The notes under the pieces were generated by a model that had not been told where the DNA came from, ran no database searches, and saw nothing but the letters and a program-made list of their open reading frames with translations. A stretch of 64,000 bases of DNA from an uncultured virus (IMG/VR IMGVR_UViG_3300033994_001010) (taxonomy: Duplodnaviria > Heunggongvirae > Uroviricota > Caudoviricetes): IMG/VR virus record IMGVR_UViG_3300033994_001010; one strand, 5' to 3'. Shown in pieces: positions 47,049 through 58,038 of this stretch (its first letter is position 1; each line of letters opens with the position of its first letter). A program made the translations under genes and the position numbers.

Positions 47049-49829
47049 ATGGCTGAGAAAGATTTAACTGGAGGTCGGGGATCAATCCCTAAAGGCAGTG
47101 CGTCTGCTGACGTTCGTGCTCGTTTCCGTTTAGATACTCAGCAATTTGACAAACTTGCTGCTGGCGTTAAAAAGATTAGAAGTGATTTTGAATACCTCAA
47201 CACGTCTGGTCTTAAGGGTGTTAACGAAAAACTTAAAGTAACCCTTAAGTTGCTTCAAGACATTTCTGCTGTAGACACAGGTAACTTAAATCCTGGTGGT
47301 GCTGGTGGTGGTGGGAGAAGCGCTGCTGGTGGTGTTGTTGATCCACTTAAAGCAAACCCAAATATAACAAACACAAGTGCAAACCAGATACAGGCTAACC
47401 AAATTGACGCACGTAGATTAACGATCAATAACTTTGGACCTGGTGGTGGTGGATCTGGTGGTGGATCTGGTGGTGGCGGTGCTGCTGGCGGTAGAGGTGC
47501 TGGGATTGTTTCTCAAGTTGCTCAAATGGCATCTTATGCAATTGGAGCAATGGATAGTCGTATTGACTCAATGTATGGTAAATCACTTACCGCAGACAAA
47601 CTTGGTGTTTACTACCAACAACAGATGGGTATATCCCAGGCACAATACCAATCAACTATGCGCCAACCTTTAACTGGTTACCGCATTGGTGAAGAGGGTG
47701 TCAACACACTACTTGCATTGCAAGCGCAAACTGGGTTAAAGGCTGACCTTAACGTAAAAGGTTTTGAAGGGCTACGCTCATTATCAGGTTATTCATTAAG
47801 CACAGGTGACTTGGCTCAGATGACATCCACAATGAGTTCTGCACAGGTTAACAACCGAATGACGATGATGCTTGGTACTGGTATTTATGGACCAGGTGGT
47901 AAGCAACGATCACTTGATGAAGTAATTAGGACAGGCGCTAAGAACGCTGGGTTGCTTGGAAACCCTGCATTGCTAGAAGGAGCAAGGCAAAATGGGTCTG
48001 TCAGCCGAATGCGGTTGGAAACAATGGGTATTGGTGAAGACATTCAAAACTTAATGTTTGACTACGCAAACTCTGCAAACCAATTCACTAAAAAGACTGG
48101 CGGAAAAATGGGGCAGTACGACCCATCCAATGCAGCCCACAGAACTGTTATGGGTATTGAAGAAAACTTTGCTACCCAAGCAGAAGAAACTATCGCCACT
48201 AAAGGAAGGCGTGACGAAAACTTTTATCGTAACCACGCTGATGATTATGCAAAGATGGAACAGAATATCCAAACGGTTACAGAAACGCTTATGAAATTTG
48301 ATGAAGCACTAAAGGGAATCATTGGCGCACGAATCGGTAGCCCTTTAATTGGTAAAGGAAGTATGGGCAGCAAAGTCATTGGCGGAGCATTGATGGCTGG
48401 TGGAATAGTAGCAGCACCTTTCACAGGTGGTATGTCTCTTGGATTCAGCGCTTTGGGTGCAGCAATTATGGGTGGTGGTAGGGGTGACGGAAACATGCCT
48501 GCTGGAAACACAATGGTTCCATCTGGTTATGGTGGTAAGCGAGTGTCGTTTAGCCAACTCCAATCAAATTCAAACGTAAGTGGTCTTAACTCTAAGTTTA
48601 AAGAACGTTTGTTTAAGATGATAGCGGATAACCCTAACGTTGGTATCGGTGAAGGAACTCGTAGTGAGTCTGTACAACGTCAACTCTTTTTGTCCCGTTA
48701 CAAGAAAGTAACTGATGGTAGCAAGGGAGATGTTGACTGGGATGGTGCTCAATGGAAACGAGTATCGGGAGCACCTGCTGCACCCCCAGGACACTCGATG
48801 CACGAACTTGGTCTTGCTGCCGACTTGGTTGGAGACCTTGATTGGGTTCAGAAAAACGCATCTAGGTATGGCCTTAAAACATTTGCAAGCGTTAACGGAG
48901 AACCTTGGCACATTCAACCAGCAGAACTTCCTAACTCACGTTTTGAATACGAAAAGAATGGTTCTCAGTGGGGTATGCCTGCTGGCGCTACCCGTGGTGC
49001 AGTAGCCACTGATCCTGGCACAGGGGAACCTATCGGTGGTTCTATGGTTGGCGACTCTTACAAGAACGCTGGTGGTAACGGTGGTGTTATTCAAACTGTA
49101 AACCCATACGCAGGTATGTCTATTGCAGAACAAGTAGGTGCATCATATGAAAACAGTCAAATGTTTTCACAGTCTGCAAAAATGCAGGGATCAAACTCAA
49201 CAGTAGTGGAACAAAGTATTTCTGGTTCTACTACTGGAGCACAACCTGCCGGGTCAATGGACCCACAAGCGCTGGCAAAATTGTTGTACAAACGAGGATT
49301 TCGTGGAAAACACCTTATCAACATGTTGGCTATTTCTGGTCGTGAATCGGCGTGGACACCTACAGCGCATAATGGAAAACCACCAGATGATTCCTATGGT
49401 CTATTCCAAATCAACATGCTTGGAAAACTTGGACCTGATCGTTTAAAGAAATTTAAGATTAGCAAAAATGAAGAATTGTTTGATCCAGAAACTAACGTGA
49501 GAGCAGCGTGGATTCTGAGTGGTGGTAAAAGTGAGAACCTTTCACCATGGGGTATTAAGGGTAATGCTTTAGCCCGCACTGAAAACTGGATGCCTAAAGC
49601 ACAGGCTGCCGCAAAGGCTGCTGGTGTAGATCGTGGTGACCCTATGCCATCGCCATCTCGTGGGTCATCTTCATCTATCTCCGTAGGTGGTAGTACTTCA
49701 ATTACAATTGCACCAACTATTAACATGAACGGTTCTAACGGTAATGAGCAAGACGCTCGGAGAATCGCCCAGAACATTACAAGAATGGTTCAGGAAGAAC
49801 TTAAGAAACAATCAATGAGGAACAACTAA
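47049..49829 (+). CDS. Tape measure protein with peptidase M15 and lytic transglycosylase domains
   Basis: PPGHSMHELGLAAD/EPWH; RES...SYGLFQINM...LFDPETN. Confidence 0.85.
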   Translation: MAEKDLTGGRGSIPKGSASADVRARFRLDTQQFDKLAAGVKKIRSDFEYLNTSGLKGVNEKLKVTLKLLQDISAVDTGNLNPGGAGGGGRSAAGGVVDPLKANPNITNTSANQIQANQIDARRLTINNFGPGGGGSGGGSGGGGAAGGRGAGIVSQVAQMASYAIGAMDSRIDSMYGKSLTADKLGVYYQQQMGISQAQYQSTMRQPLTGYRIGEEGVNTLLALQAQTGLKADLNVKGFEGLRSLSGYSLSTGDLAQMTSTMSSAQVNNRMTMMLGTGIYGPGGKQRSLDEVIRTGAKNAGLLGNPALLEGARQNGSVSRMRLETMGIGEDIQNLMFDYANSANQFTKKTGGKMGQYDPSNAAHRTVMGIEENFATQAEETIATKGRRDENFYRNHADDYAKMEQNIQTVTETLMKFDEALKGIIGARIGSPLIGKGSMGSKVIGGALMAGGIVAAPFTGGMSLGFSALGAAIMGGGRGDGNMPAGNTMVPSGYGGKRVSFSQLQSNSNVSGLNSKFKERLFKMIADNPNVGIGEGTRSESVQRQLFLSRYKKVTDGSKGDVDWDGAQWKRVSGAPAAPPGHSMHELGLAADLVGDLDWVQKNASRYGLKTFASVNGEPWHIQPAELPNSRFEYEKNGSQWGMPAGATRGAVATDPGTGEPIGGSMVGDSYKNAGGNGGVIQTVNPYAGMSIAEQVGASYENSQMFSQSAKMQGSNSTVVEQSISGSTTGAQPAGSMDPQALAKLLYKRGFRGKHLINMLAISGRESAWTPTAHNGKPPDDSYGLFQINMLGKLGPDRLKKFKISKNEELFDPETNVRAAWILSGGKSENLSPWGIKGNALARTENWMPKAQAAAKAAGVDRGDPMPSPSRGSSSSISVGGSTSITIAPTINMNGSNGNEQDARRIAQNITRMVQEELKKQSMRNN

Positions 49830-51715
49830 TGCCTAGTGAAGAAATGCTTGCTGCTTTAACCGCACGTAGATATAACCCTACAGCAGAAGTTTCTACATTT
49901 GTTGAGGCAGCCCCAATTAAATCTTCAACTGTTGATAACCCAACATCGTTTGGTCAACGTGAGTCAGAGACATCATTATTTTCTAATATGAATCCACCGT
50001 TTATATATCCAGGTAACCCTAGGACATATGCAACAAACGGCGTACCTAAAGATGGTGCTACAGAAGTTATAAACAGAGGGTACATACGAAGACTTACAGA
50101 GTTTTATAAAAACGTAGAGGGTGCTAAAACTTTAAAGAACTTGCGTTGTAACTTTCAATTTAATCCTGAGTTGATTACTAGAAGTATCGAAGCAAACCAC
50201 AACATGCAATACTTTTTTAACCAAAACCCAGACCAGTTAGCACAACCAATTCCTGGTCAAGCATCGTTTGGTTTTGTGCTTTTATTTAATCGTGAGGCTG
50301 AAATGGCTAGCGGTAAATACAAAGATGCAAACGGAAACCTAGTGTCTGGTAAAACTTTAGAAAATGGAATTGGTAACAACCCTGAGAAATATATAACAGA
50401 AAGTTACGATCCAGCATGGGTTACTGAGATTGGTGTTCTTGCTGACATTTTAATTCTTGATGACATTGTTGGTCAAGGCTTGGCTAAAGACATCATTCAA
50501 CAAAAAGAATCTGGAACATTTAAACCTGCTACAGAAACTGGATCATCTACGAAAGATACAACCGACACTACAGATGATGATTTAGCGTCAGACTATGACT
50601 CAAACAAATTAAGTGTTTTTTCATCAAACATTGGAAACAAAGCATACCTAGTCCCTACACCAGTTCGAATCATGTTGTCAGAATGGTTTATGGTTGAAGG
50701 TTTTATCATGTCTCACAAAGTTACCTTTAACAAATTTAATACAAAAATGGTCCCAACCCAAGCAATTGTTGAGTTACAAGTGCAGGCACTATACATTGGT
50801 TTTGCTCAAAAGGATACATTTTTAACATCATCGTTGAGTAACACAGCACCAGACGAAAATTCAACTGGCTCTGGTGGTGCCCCTTCTGGTAGTGCTACCC
50901 CATCTGACGTAGTTAAACAAACGCTAGAAGGAACAAAAAATTATATGGAGGGTGCTGCACATATTCAAGGTAGCGAAAACTCTGTGGATTTAATAGATGC
51001 TGTTTTTGCTAACCCAAACAATAAGTATGAATTTAACTTTGCTGCCTTAGTATCTAAAGAGGGTAAATCGTTTTATGACAACGTTGCAGCCAAAGAGAAA
51101 AATGGTGGTGGTTGCCAATTTACATTTAGTGGTGAGATAAGGATATGGTGGTCACGACACGTATCAAATGCAACGAACCCTCGAATAACTACTAGAACAA
51201 ATGCAGTAACCCCAGGTGGTATTCAATATGCTGATGGCCCCCCACCAAAACAGGGGTCAAACAACCTTGCTGACTGGGGAACAAAAACAAAACCTTTTGT
51301 TATTACCTGCTCAGAACTTCCTGTTTATTATGAACAAGGTTCTAGAAAAGGTGATGACGAAAGAAGACAGTTTATGGTATTTGGTCAAAAACGTGGGTTC
51401 AGTAAATTTAATTTAATTAAAGGAGAAACTCTTGGGATAAACAACCCATTGGGTGATGGAACCCCGGCATTTTATACATTTACAAGACCATCTGAAACTA
51501 TGCCAATCCCATTTGAAGAAGATCAGTTTACTGCTGAGTTAGTAATCACGATAAAAGCAACACGGTTTGGAGATACAAAACCTATTGAACAAACAGTACG
51601 TGGGTATTACTCAAACATTACAGCAAATGATGACAAACTATGGGCATCGGTAACACCATCACCAGCGTATCGCCCAGGTGGTAAAGCAGAATTTAAACCA
51701 GCAGATCGGATATAG
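49829..51715 (+). CDS. Baseplate/tail tube initiator-like protein
   Basis: FQFNPE motif; position after the tape measure gene. Confidence 0.55.
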   Translation: MPSEEMLAALTARRYNPTAEVSTFVEAAPIKSSTVDNPTSFGQRESETSLFSNMNPPFIYPGNPRTYATNGVPKDGATEVINRGYIRRLTEFYKNVEGAKTLKNLRCNFQFNPELITRSIEANHNMQYFFNQNPDQLAQPIPGQASFGFVLLFNREAEMASGKYKDANGNLVSGKTLENGIGNNPEKYITESYDPAWVTEIGVLADILILDDIVGQGLAKDIIQQKESGTFKPATETGSSTKDTTDTTDDDLASDYDSNKLSVFSSNIGNKAYLVPTPVRIMLSEWFMVEGFIMSHKVTFNKFNTKMVPTQAIVELQVQALYIGFAQKDTFLTSSLSNTAPDENSTGSGGAPSGSATPSDVVKQTLEGTKNYMEGAAHIQGSENSVDLIDAVFANPNNKYEFNFAALVSKEGKSFYDNVAAKEKNGGGCQFTFSGEIRIWWSRHVSNATNPRITTRTNAVTPGGIQYADGPPPKQGSNNLADWGTKTKPFVITCSELPVYYEQGSRKGDDERRQFMVFGQKRGFSKFNLIKGETLGINNPLGDGTPAFYTFTRPSETMPIPFEEDQFTAELVITIKATRFGDTKPIEQTVRGYYSNITANDDKLWASVTPSPAYRPGGKAEFKPADRI

Positions 51716-51717
51716 CC

Positions 51718-51966
51718 ATGATTACAGTATTGTCTCGATATACATATGCACCAGTTAATAGTGGTGGTATTAAAACTGCTGAACGAAAACCTATTGCTGA
51801 TGTTTATGTACAAAAGTACTCAGTAAAAATTGAAGATACTTTGGAAGGTCTTGCTACTCAGATTTATGGAGACCCATCATTGTGGTGGCGCATTACCGAT
51901 TTAAACCCACAGATTAGATTTCCCTTAGATCTACAACCAGGGATGGTTATCCGTATTCCTAAATGA
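51718..51966 (+). CDS. LysM-like baseplate protein
   Basis: DTLEGLA..YGDPSLWWRI.D.NP...G.VIRIP. Confidence 0.8.
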   Translation: MITVLSRYTYAPVNSGGIKTAERKPIADVYVQKYSVKIEDTLEGLATQIYGDPSLWWRITDLNPQIRFPLDLQPGMVIRIPK

Positions 51967-53126
51967 TATTAAGAGATGCATATAAAGATGCTCCAGTAAT
52001 TGATATCCAAGTACTGGGTGGGTCGGTAAACACCAACGATATTGTTTCTGTTGAAATTTGCTATTCAGAAAACAAGCACGACATTGCAACAATTACTTAT
52101 TCTGGATTTCCACCAGAAGCAGTTACTGCTTACTCAGGTTTACCTGTATACATTAAGTTTGGAAACAACGAAGCAAATATTCAAGAGTTTCATGGCTATG
52201 TGGCGTATGTTGAAGCAAACGCAATCACACGCATGGGTACAGTAAATAAATCTAGGATTCAAGAAGCAAAGGTAGTTTGCTTTGGGGTTAGTTATAACAT
52301 GAAACCGCTAACATCTACCGCATACAAAGATATAACTCTTCCAAAGTTAGTTAAAACTATTGCAAACAAATATAAATTTTCATATTCAGTTCCAAATAAT
52401 AACTTTGTTATCTCAACTGTAGATCAATCATCTAAATCCGATTGGGAAGTACTCGTATCAACGGCTAATAAGTTAGGATATTACGTAACTGCAACAAACA
52501 CACATATAACAGTTTACGATCCGTTTTCACCCTTTTACAGGGATCTACCATTGACAACTCTTAATACTCTACAAGCCCAAAATGGTGCTGATAGGCAACC
52601 AGGAAATGTGCTTGAGTTTAAAGGAACGTTTGGGGATGTCACCCCATATGGGTCAAGTCATAACTACGTTGTAAAAACATTAGACGCAAATGGTAAAAGC
52701 ATTGAGTACTCTACGGCAGGAACACAAGGTAGTGGTTTAGGTAAACCAGTTAAAAGAAGGTTTACCCAAGAAATAACTATGAACGCAGTATCTAAAGAAG
52801 CATTGCGTAATTACGCAGACGGATACTTAAAACAATCTATACCGTTGCATGCAGATGTTATTACTCTAGGTATATCAACTGTATTCCCTGGGGCAACTGT
52901 ATATCTAAACAATTATAATTCAGAATACGATGGGTATTGGATTGTTGAAGACGTTAAACATGTCATTAATACAGATCATTACATTACCCATATGCATATA
53001 AAAACAGATTCAACAAATAATGTTGCAAAGAAAAATACTGTTGGAAAACGATTTGTAAAGTACCCAGGATCTAGGTTAGTGAACGGCGACTGGGTAACGG
53101 TCAAGGAGTTTGGTTATGTCTACTAA
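51963..53126 (+). CDS. Baseplate hub (gpD/gp27-like)
   Basis: Q...SDW..L...A...GY; DGYWIV..VKH. Confidence 0.75.
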   Translation: MILRDAYKDAPVIDIQVLGGSVNTNDIVSVEICYSENKHDIATITYSGFPPEAVTAYSGLPVYIKFGNNEANIQEFHGYVAYVEANAITRMGTVNKSRIQEAKVVCFGVSYNMKPLTSTAYKDITLPKLVKTIANKYKFSYSVPNNNFVISTVDQSSKSDWEVLVSTANKLGYYVTATNTHITVYDPFSPFYRDLPLTTLNTLQAQNGADRQPGNVLEFKGTFGDVTPYGSSHNYVVKTLDANGKSIEYSTAGTQGSGLGKPVKRRFTQEITMNAVSKEALRNYADGYLKQSIPLHADVITLGISTVFPGATVYLNNYNSEYDGYWIVEDVKHVINTDHYITHMHIKTDSTNNVAKKNTVGKRFVKYPGSRLVNGDWVTVKEFGYVY

Positions 53127-53343
53127 CTTGTACCGTGCCATTGTTGCGTACTCCGACCAAACAACTGGGGTGATTAAAGTTCGAATCCCTGCAAAATTTG
53201 GTTCTGATACTACAGTGCCAATTTCATACTATGGAAGGTCAGCACCTTGGGCTGTGCCCGAAATAGGTAAACAAGTAGTCGTAGGGTCTGACGATGAGGC
53301 ATTTACAAACGTATTTATCATTAACATAGAGCCGACAGGATAA
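53116..53343 (+). CDS. Baseplate spike OB-fold (gpV/gp5 N-terminal-like)
   Basis: YRAIV...G.IKVRIP...VPEIG.QV.V. Confidence 0.65.
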   Translation: MSTNLYRAIVAYSDQTTGVIKVRIPAKFGSDTTVPISYYGRSAPWAVPEIGKQVVVGSDDEAFTNVFIINIEPTG

Positions 53344-53345
53344 TT

Positions 53346-53756
53346 ATGATTATTAAAGTACCTTTTACCGTATCGGACTCAGGAAAAGTAGAAAATATTA
53401 CTGAGTCATCAAAAGTAATCTCTCAAAAAATAGGTGATTACCTACTGACAAACGAGTTTGAACGCCCTATGCAAACAACTTATGGTGCCAATAGTAACTA
53501 CCTTGTGTATGAAAACTTTGACAGCATGGTATTTGAGGAGTACAAAGTTGAGACATTACAAGGATTACGTAAACACATATCTGGAGCAACCATCATTAAC
53601 ATAAGCCTTTCGTCACAAAACATGACAACGGGAAAGGGTTACAGCGATGACACAATGCTTATTAATGTACAGTATAAATTACCAACTGGGGGGGTTCGTA
53701 CTGCCCAGTACAACCTAGTATCTCCAACAACATTGACTGAGGACACCTTGATATGA
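53346..53756 (+). CDS. Baseplate wedge protein (gp25/gpW-like)
   Basis: LLT..FER.M...YG motif. Confidence 0.75.
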   Translation: MIIKVPFTVSDSGKVENITESSKVISQKIGDYLLTNEFERPMQTTYGANSNYLVYENFDSMVFEEYKVETLQGLRKHISGATIINISLSSQNMTTGKGYSDDTMLINVQYKLPTGGVRTAQYNLVSPTTLTEDTLI

Positions 53757-55564
53757 GCACTTTTGACTATACAAGCCGAGACTATTTTTCCATTAAACAA
53801 GATCTCCTGGCACGTGCTGAACAGGTTTTACCAGAGTGGACATCACGTGACTCGTCAGACTTTGGTATGTTACTTGTCGACCTCTGGGCTTACATGGGAG
53901 ATATTCTCCATTATTACATTGACAAGGCAGCACAGGAATCTTTCTTAGGAACTGCTACAAGGCGTGAAAGTATTCTTGCCATTGCAAACCTACTGGACTA
54001 CGTACCTGCTGGTAGGACCCCTGCTAGTTCTCAAATCACATTGGTGGCTACAAACTCAGCAGCAACAGATGCAAGCCCAATACTTATCCCTAAGTACACC
54101 AGGTTTCTTGCCAAACCACTACTAGAAACTGCTGATGAAGTGGTGTTTACATCAGATAGGGCAATAGCATTTAATGTTACTGGAACCCCTGTTAGTGGAT
54201 ATGCTACATATACAAAAGCAACTTCAGTGCCATTAAATCTTACTGAAGGTGAAATGTTTCAAGAAACATTTACAAGTGACGGAAGAATCAGTCAGCAATA
54301 CATTTTGTCAAATACTGGAGTTGTTGCATCTTCAGTTGAGGTTTATGTTGGTGAAGGTGTAGATGGCGCTGAAATACCGTACACCCAAGCCACACGTTTG
54401 ATTGAAGCAACAAACACAGACCTTGTTTACGCTGTGGCTTTATCATCAGATGACACATCGACTCTTGTATTTGGTAACTCTGTACACGGAAAAATACCAA
54501 CAACAAATGCGGTTGTTCGTATTGTGTATAGGCGTAGTCGTGGTGCAGCAGGAAACGTAGACGTATCTGCAATTAAGGAATTTGAATCACTAAATAACAT
54601 TTATGGACCACCATATGACGGGGTTATTATCACGCCAAATAGTACTAAGGCCATTGGTGGAACTGATAGTGAAAGTATTGATTCGCTTAAATCAAATATT
54701 CCAGCATCATTTAGGTCTCAAGATCGTGCTGTTTCAATTCAAGATTATATTGATCTAACGCTTAGAGTTCCAAGTGTTGTTAAATCAACTGCAAAAATCA
54801 ATGCCAACACACCAGTGCAGGGATTAATTATTTCCAAACGTATACAAAGCAATCAAGTTGTTCTAGAAACCGCAGCCTCTCATGGACTCACTGTCTCAAG
54901 CATCGTAGGAATATCAGGAATTGGTTATCCATATGATGGCTCATTCTCTCTGGTCACTGCTAGTGCCAACGTTCTTGCTTATAACCTAGACATTACAGAA
55001 CCAAACTCTGCATCAGTGGCAGTAAGTAGTCCATCTGCTTTGTACAGAAACGACAACGTTAGAATTTATGCTTTGACTGAGCAAGCAATTTACGATGGAA
55101 CGTTGGCAGTATCCCCAACAACATCCCCACTGTCTGTCAACTCATCACTTAGGTATTCAATATATGAATACATTGAGCCACGTCAAATGTTTGGTGTTAA
55201 TACTGTAGTGATGCCAACGGTTGTTTTAACTCCTGTGTATGTTGGTCTAACACTAAATGTTATGAGCAACTATTCTCAAGACGCAGTTAAAACTGACGTA
55301 GAAAATGCAATTAAAAGTTTGTTCTCTTTTGACAATGTTGAATTTGACCAAGTAATAACATTAGGAACTTTGTATAGAACTGTATTAGACGTTGCAGGAG
55401 TTGATTACACAACAATATCTACGTTTAACACTTCTGGAACGCCTAATGATATAACTACAGTAGGTATTAGCCCAGCAGTTAAAGGTGTGTCAACATCTAC
55501 TGGAACTTTGTTGTTACTTACAGACCTAACAGTAACAGCAAGTGGCGGAATCGCAGTAGCATAA
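53753..55564 (+). CDS. Baseplate wedge protein (gpJ/gp6-like)
   Basis: DYTSRDY, GGTDSES, RAVS..DY. Confidence 0.85.
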   Translation: MSTFDYTSRDYFSIKQDLLARAEQVLPEWTSRDSSDFGMLLVDLWAYMGDILHYYIDKAAQESFLGTATRRESILAIANLLDYVPAGRTPASSQITLVATNSAATDASPILIPKYTRFLAKPLLETADEVVFTSDRAIAFNVTGTPVSGYATYTKATSVPLNLTEGEMFQETFTSDGRISQQYILSNTGVVASSVEVYVGEGVDGAEIPYTQATRLIEATNTDLVYAVALSSDDTSTLVFGNSVHGKIPTTNAVVRIVYRRSRGAAGNVDVSAIKEFESLNNIYGPPYDGVIITPNSTKAIGGTDSESIDSLKSNIPASFRSQDRAVSIQDYIDLTLRVPSVVKSTAKINANTPVQGLIISKRIQSNQVVLETAASHGLTVSSIVGISGIGYPYDGSFSLVTASANVLAYNLDITEPNSASVAVSSPSALYRNDNVRIYALTEQAIYDGTLAVSPTTSPLSVNSSLRYSIYEYIEPRQMFGVNTVVMPTVVLTPVYVGLTLNVMSNYSQDAVKTDVENAIKSLFSFDNVEFDQVITLGTLYRTVLDVAGVDYTTISTFNTSGTPNDITTVGISPAVKGVSTSTGTLLLLTDLTVTASGGIAVA

Positions 55565-55565
55565 T

Positions 55566-57194
55566 ATGGCATACACTTCGTTTAGAATACGTAGGCAAGA
55601 CAATATTGCAGCGCCAGACGCTAACCCGTTTGGCTCTTATGTTCGTGGTACTGATGAAACTGCACCACCTGGGTTAACACGGATTGACTCAGACTCGGCA
55701 TTACGTTCCAGTGGCGTTATTTTAGCAACTGGTTCAATGTTTGTAGAAGCATCGTTTGAAGCAACAGCAGTAGATTACTCAACAATCAATTTGTCATGGT
55801 CATCTTTTCTACTAGTTAATCCAATTGACAATGAAAGTGGTGATTCAAATCCCTACGAAGTAGTAGTAGTTTACTCGTCAACAGGTTTTCCAGAAACTGT
55901 TGCTGATGGGGTAATTATTAAAACCCAAAGATATGATGACGAAGTTTCATCAATAACACATAACAACCTTCCACAAGGAAGATGGGCTTACTATTCTTTG
56001 TTCTTGCATTGGAATCAAAACGGAGTAGGCCCAAGCGGCGTTAGTTGGTATGAACGTGTAGCAACATTACAAGAATTAGTTCCAAGGAACTACGGTGGAT
56101 CGGAAAGATTATGGAATAGAATTCCTAATTATATTAAATCTGGAGATACATCAGGTAGGTCACTTGATCCAACTGGTCAAGAACGTGGTCAATTAGAACG
56201 ATTTATTAATGTGTTTGGATTTGAATTAGACAGAACACAATCACTTATTAACGCAGTAGTCACACAATACGACCCATCACTAACTGAATCAGCCTCGCTT
56301 GACCAACTAACTTCAATGCTTGGTTTAGAAGTAGGTGTTCAAGACATTGGTGTTTCTCGAACTAGGCAAATCATTCAGGACATTGGGTACTACCGACAAC
56401 GTAAAGGAACTATAGATGCTGCGGCCCAATACATTACGGCTATTAGTGGTAGTCAAGTAGATGTTGTTGAATCAATATCTGATCCTCGATACACCTTCCG
56501 TGTGTATGCAGAGAAGGTAAACCTTGTTGCTGACTCGTTATTTGTTATTGAATCTGGAACTAAGAAATGGGATTTCAGTTCGTCAAGTGCTTCATGTACA
56601 TACACTAAAGCAGACGAAGTTCTTACTGTCTCAAACACGAGTGGCGCTTCTGCACAATTTGCATTGGTTTCTAAAGTTGCTGTACCTGTAGAAACAAACA
56701 CTGACTACTGGTCTTCTGTTAAAAAATCAGGAGATGGCAGGGTTTATGGTTCATTCTGGTCTGCTTCAGCCGCTTGGACTGAGTGGGACACTACGGAACA
56801 AGATGATTATTTAATGCCAGTAAACCTATCCCCAGAAGATAGGCGTGTAATTCTTATGCCAGAAAGTGCAAGTGCAATGGCTTACCCAGTAATGCTGTTT
56901 GCTCTTGATGACGGGGATGTCATGAATGTTTCTGAATGGATGGTAGAACCAAAGACTTACGGGACATTCTTTAATGGCTCCTCAGACTTTGGTGGGTTTA
57001 TCTACCAAAACAACTTTGCTGACCACTCTTGGTCAGACCAAGAGTATGCATCGTATTCAACTTACACAACAAATAAGAAAAAAACACAAGACGCAATTAC
57101 AAAGTTGTTACCTACGCTTATCCCAGTTACAATACTTATTCAAAATCTTCAAGGTTACGCATTAGAGTTTGATTGGATTCCAGGAAAAACATGA
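55566..57194 (+). CDS. Baseplate wedge/tail protein (gpI/gp7-like)
   Basis: LWNRIP, Y.QRKGT; follows the gpJ-like gene. Confidence 0.7.
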   Translation: MAYTSFRIRRQDNIAAPDANPFGSYVRGTDETAPPGLTRIDSDSALRSSGVILATGSMFVEASFEATAVDYSTINLSWSSFLLVNPIDNESGDSNPYEVVVVYSSTGFPETVADGVIIKTQRYDDEVSSITHNNLPQGRWAYYSLFLHWNQNGVGPSGVSWYERVATLQELVPRNYGGSERLWNRIPNYIKSGDTSGRSLDPTGQERGQLERFINVFGFELDRTQSLINAVVTQYDPSLTESASLDQLTSMLGLEVGVQDIGVSRTRQIIQDIGYYRQRKGTIDAAAQYITAISGSQVDVVESISDPRYTFRVYAEKVNLVADSLFVIESGTKKWDFSSSSASCTYTKADEVLTVSNTSGASAQFALVSKVAVPVETNTDYWSSVKKSGDGRVYGSFWSASAAWTEWDTTEQDDYLMPVNLSPEDRRVILMPESASAMAYPVMLFALDDGDVMNVSEWMVEPKTYGTFFNGSSDFGGFIYQNNFADHSWSDQEYASYSTYTTNKKKTQDAITKLLPTLIPVTILIQNLQGYALEFDWIPGKT

Positions 57195-57445
57195 ACTATA
57201 TAATTTGTGCATTAGCCGTTTACAAAGCAATACAAATCATTGAATCATTATTACCAAAAGAAGTAATGCCTTGGGTAAAAGTTGTTGCTGGAACAGTGCT
57301 GTCTTACATTGCAATCTTTATTGTCCCTTTTGATGACCGATGGTTATCGGGTCTAGCAGTAGCGACACTTGCAGGAGCAGTACATACCCTGCTACGCTTA
57401 CTGACTCTAATGGGGGATATGTCGTTTAAACGCTCAATCAAATAA
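57191..57445 (+). CDS. Small membrane protein
   Basis: Hydrophobic, about 3 TM segments; ATGA overlap. Confidence 0.65.
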   Translation: MNYIICALAVYKAIQIIESLLPKEVMPWVKVVAGTVLSYIAIFIVPFDDRWLSGLAVATLAGAVHTLLRLLTLMGDMSFKRSIK

Positions 57446-57454
57446 GGAAACAAC

Positions 57455-58036
57455 ATGGAATATATAATTGGTGGAACAGGTAACGCACAAGCAAACGTAA
57501 TTGAATCAGGTCTTAGTGATCTCAAAGATAGTTGGTTTCACATCATGTGGACAGGGAAACCAACCGCAGGTCAGGCACGAGTTCTTGACTGGATGATTGA
57601 CCATAGTGCAAAATTTACGATTTACTCAGAGTCGGGGAAAGTACCACCAGCAGTAGGTCAGGCTGCTGATGCTGTCATCAAGGTAGATGACATCGTAGAA
57701 GACACGTTCTTTTCTGCCCTTGTCCATTCAGAAAACTCTCTTGAAGTCCTTGTTTTGTATGCTGAAGACGAGTCAAAAGAGGCTACAGATCTGACTCAAC
57801 GGTTGGTTTTTGGTTCGCATGATCGCAACCTAAAATGCCTAGAGTTAACTAATGGGCTTGCACCACTGACTGTAGACCCAGGACATGTCGCCCCAGAGGC
57901 CCCTAGGAAGCCCCAGGATGCGCCAAAAGTAGATGTGGTGTCTACCCCACGTATGGAGAAAGTTTTGAGCGTTAGAGAGCCTGTAATGCAGATTACGGTC
58001 TACTCTGATGGCTCTATCAAAACTAAGCAGTTATAG
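57455..58036 (+). CDS. Hypothetical protein
   Basis: AAGGA RBS; 193 aa. Confidence 0.7.
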   Translation: MEYIIGGTGNAQANVIESGLSDLKDSWFHIMWTGKPTAGQARVLDWMIDHSAKFTIYSESGKVPPAVGQAADAVIKVDDIVEDTFFSALVHSENSLEVLVLYAEDESKEATDLTQRLVFGSHDRNLKCLELTNGLAPLTVDPGHVAPEAPRKPQDAPKVDVVSTPRMEKVLSVREPVMQITVYSDGSIKTKQL

Positions 58037-58038
58037 GA

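Noticed and set aside
47299..47500. GGTGGT repeats as a G-quadruplex or repeat element
   Set aside because: They are Gly-linker codons in the tape measure protein.
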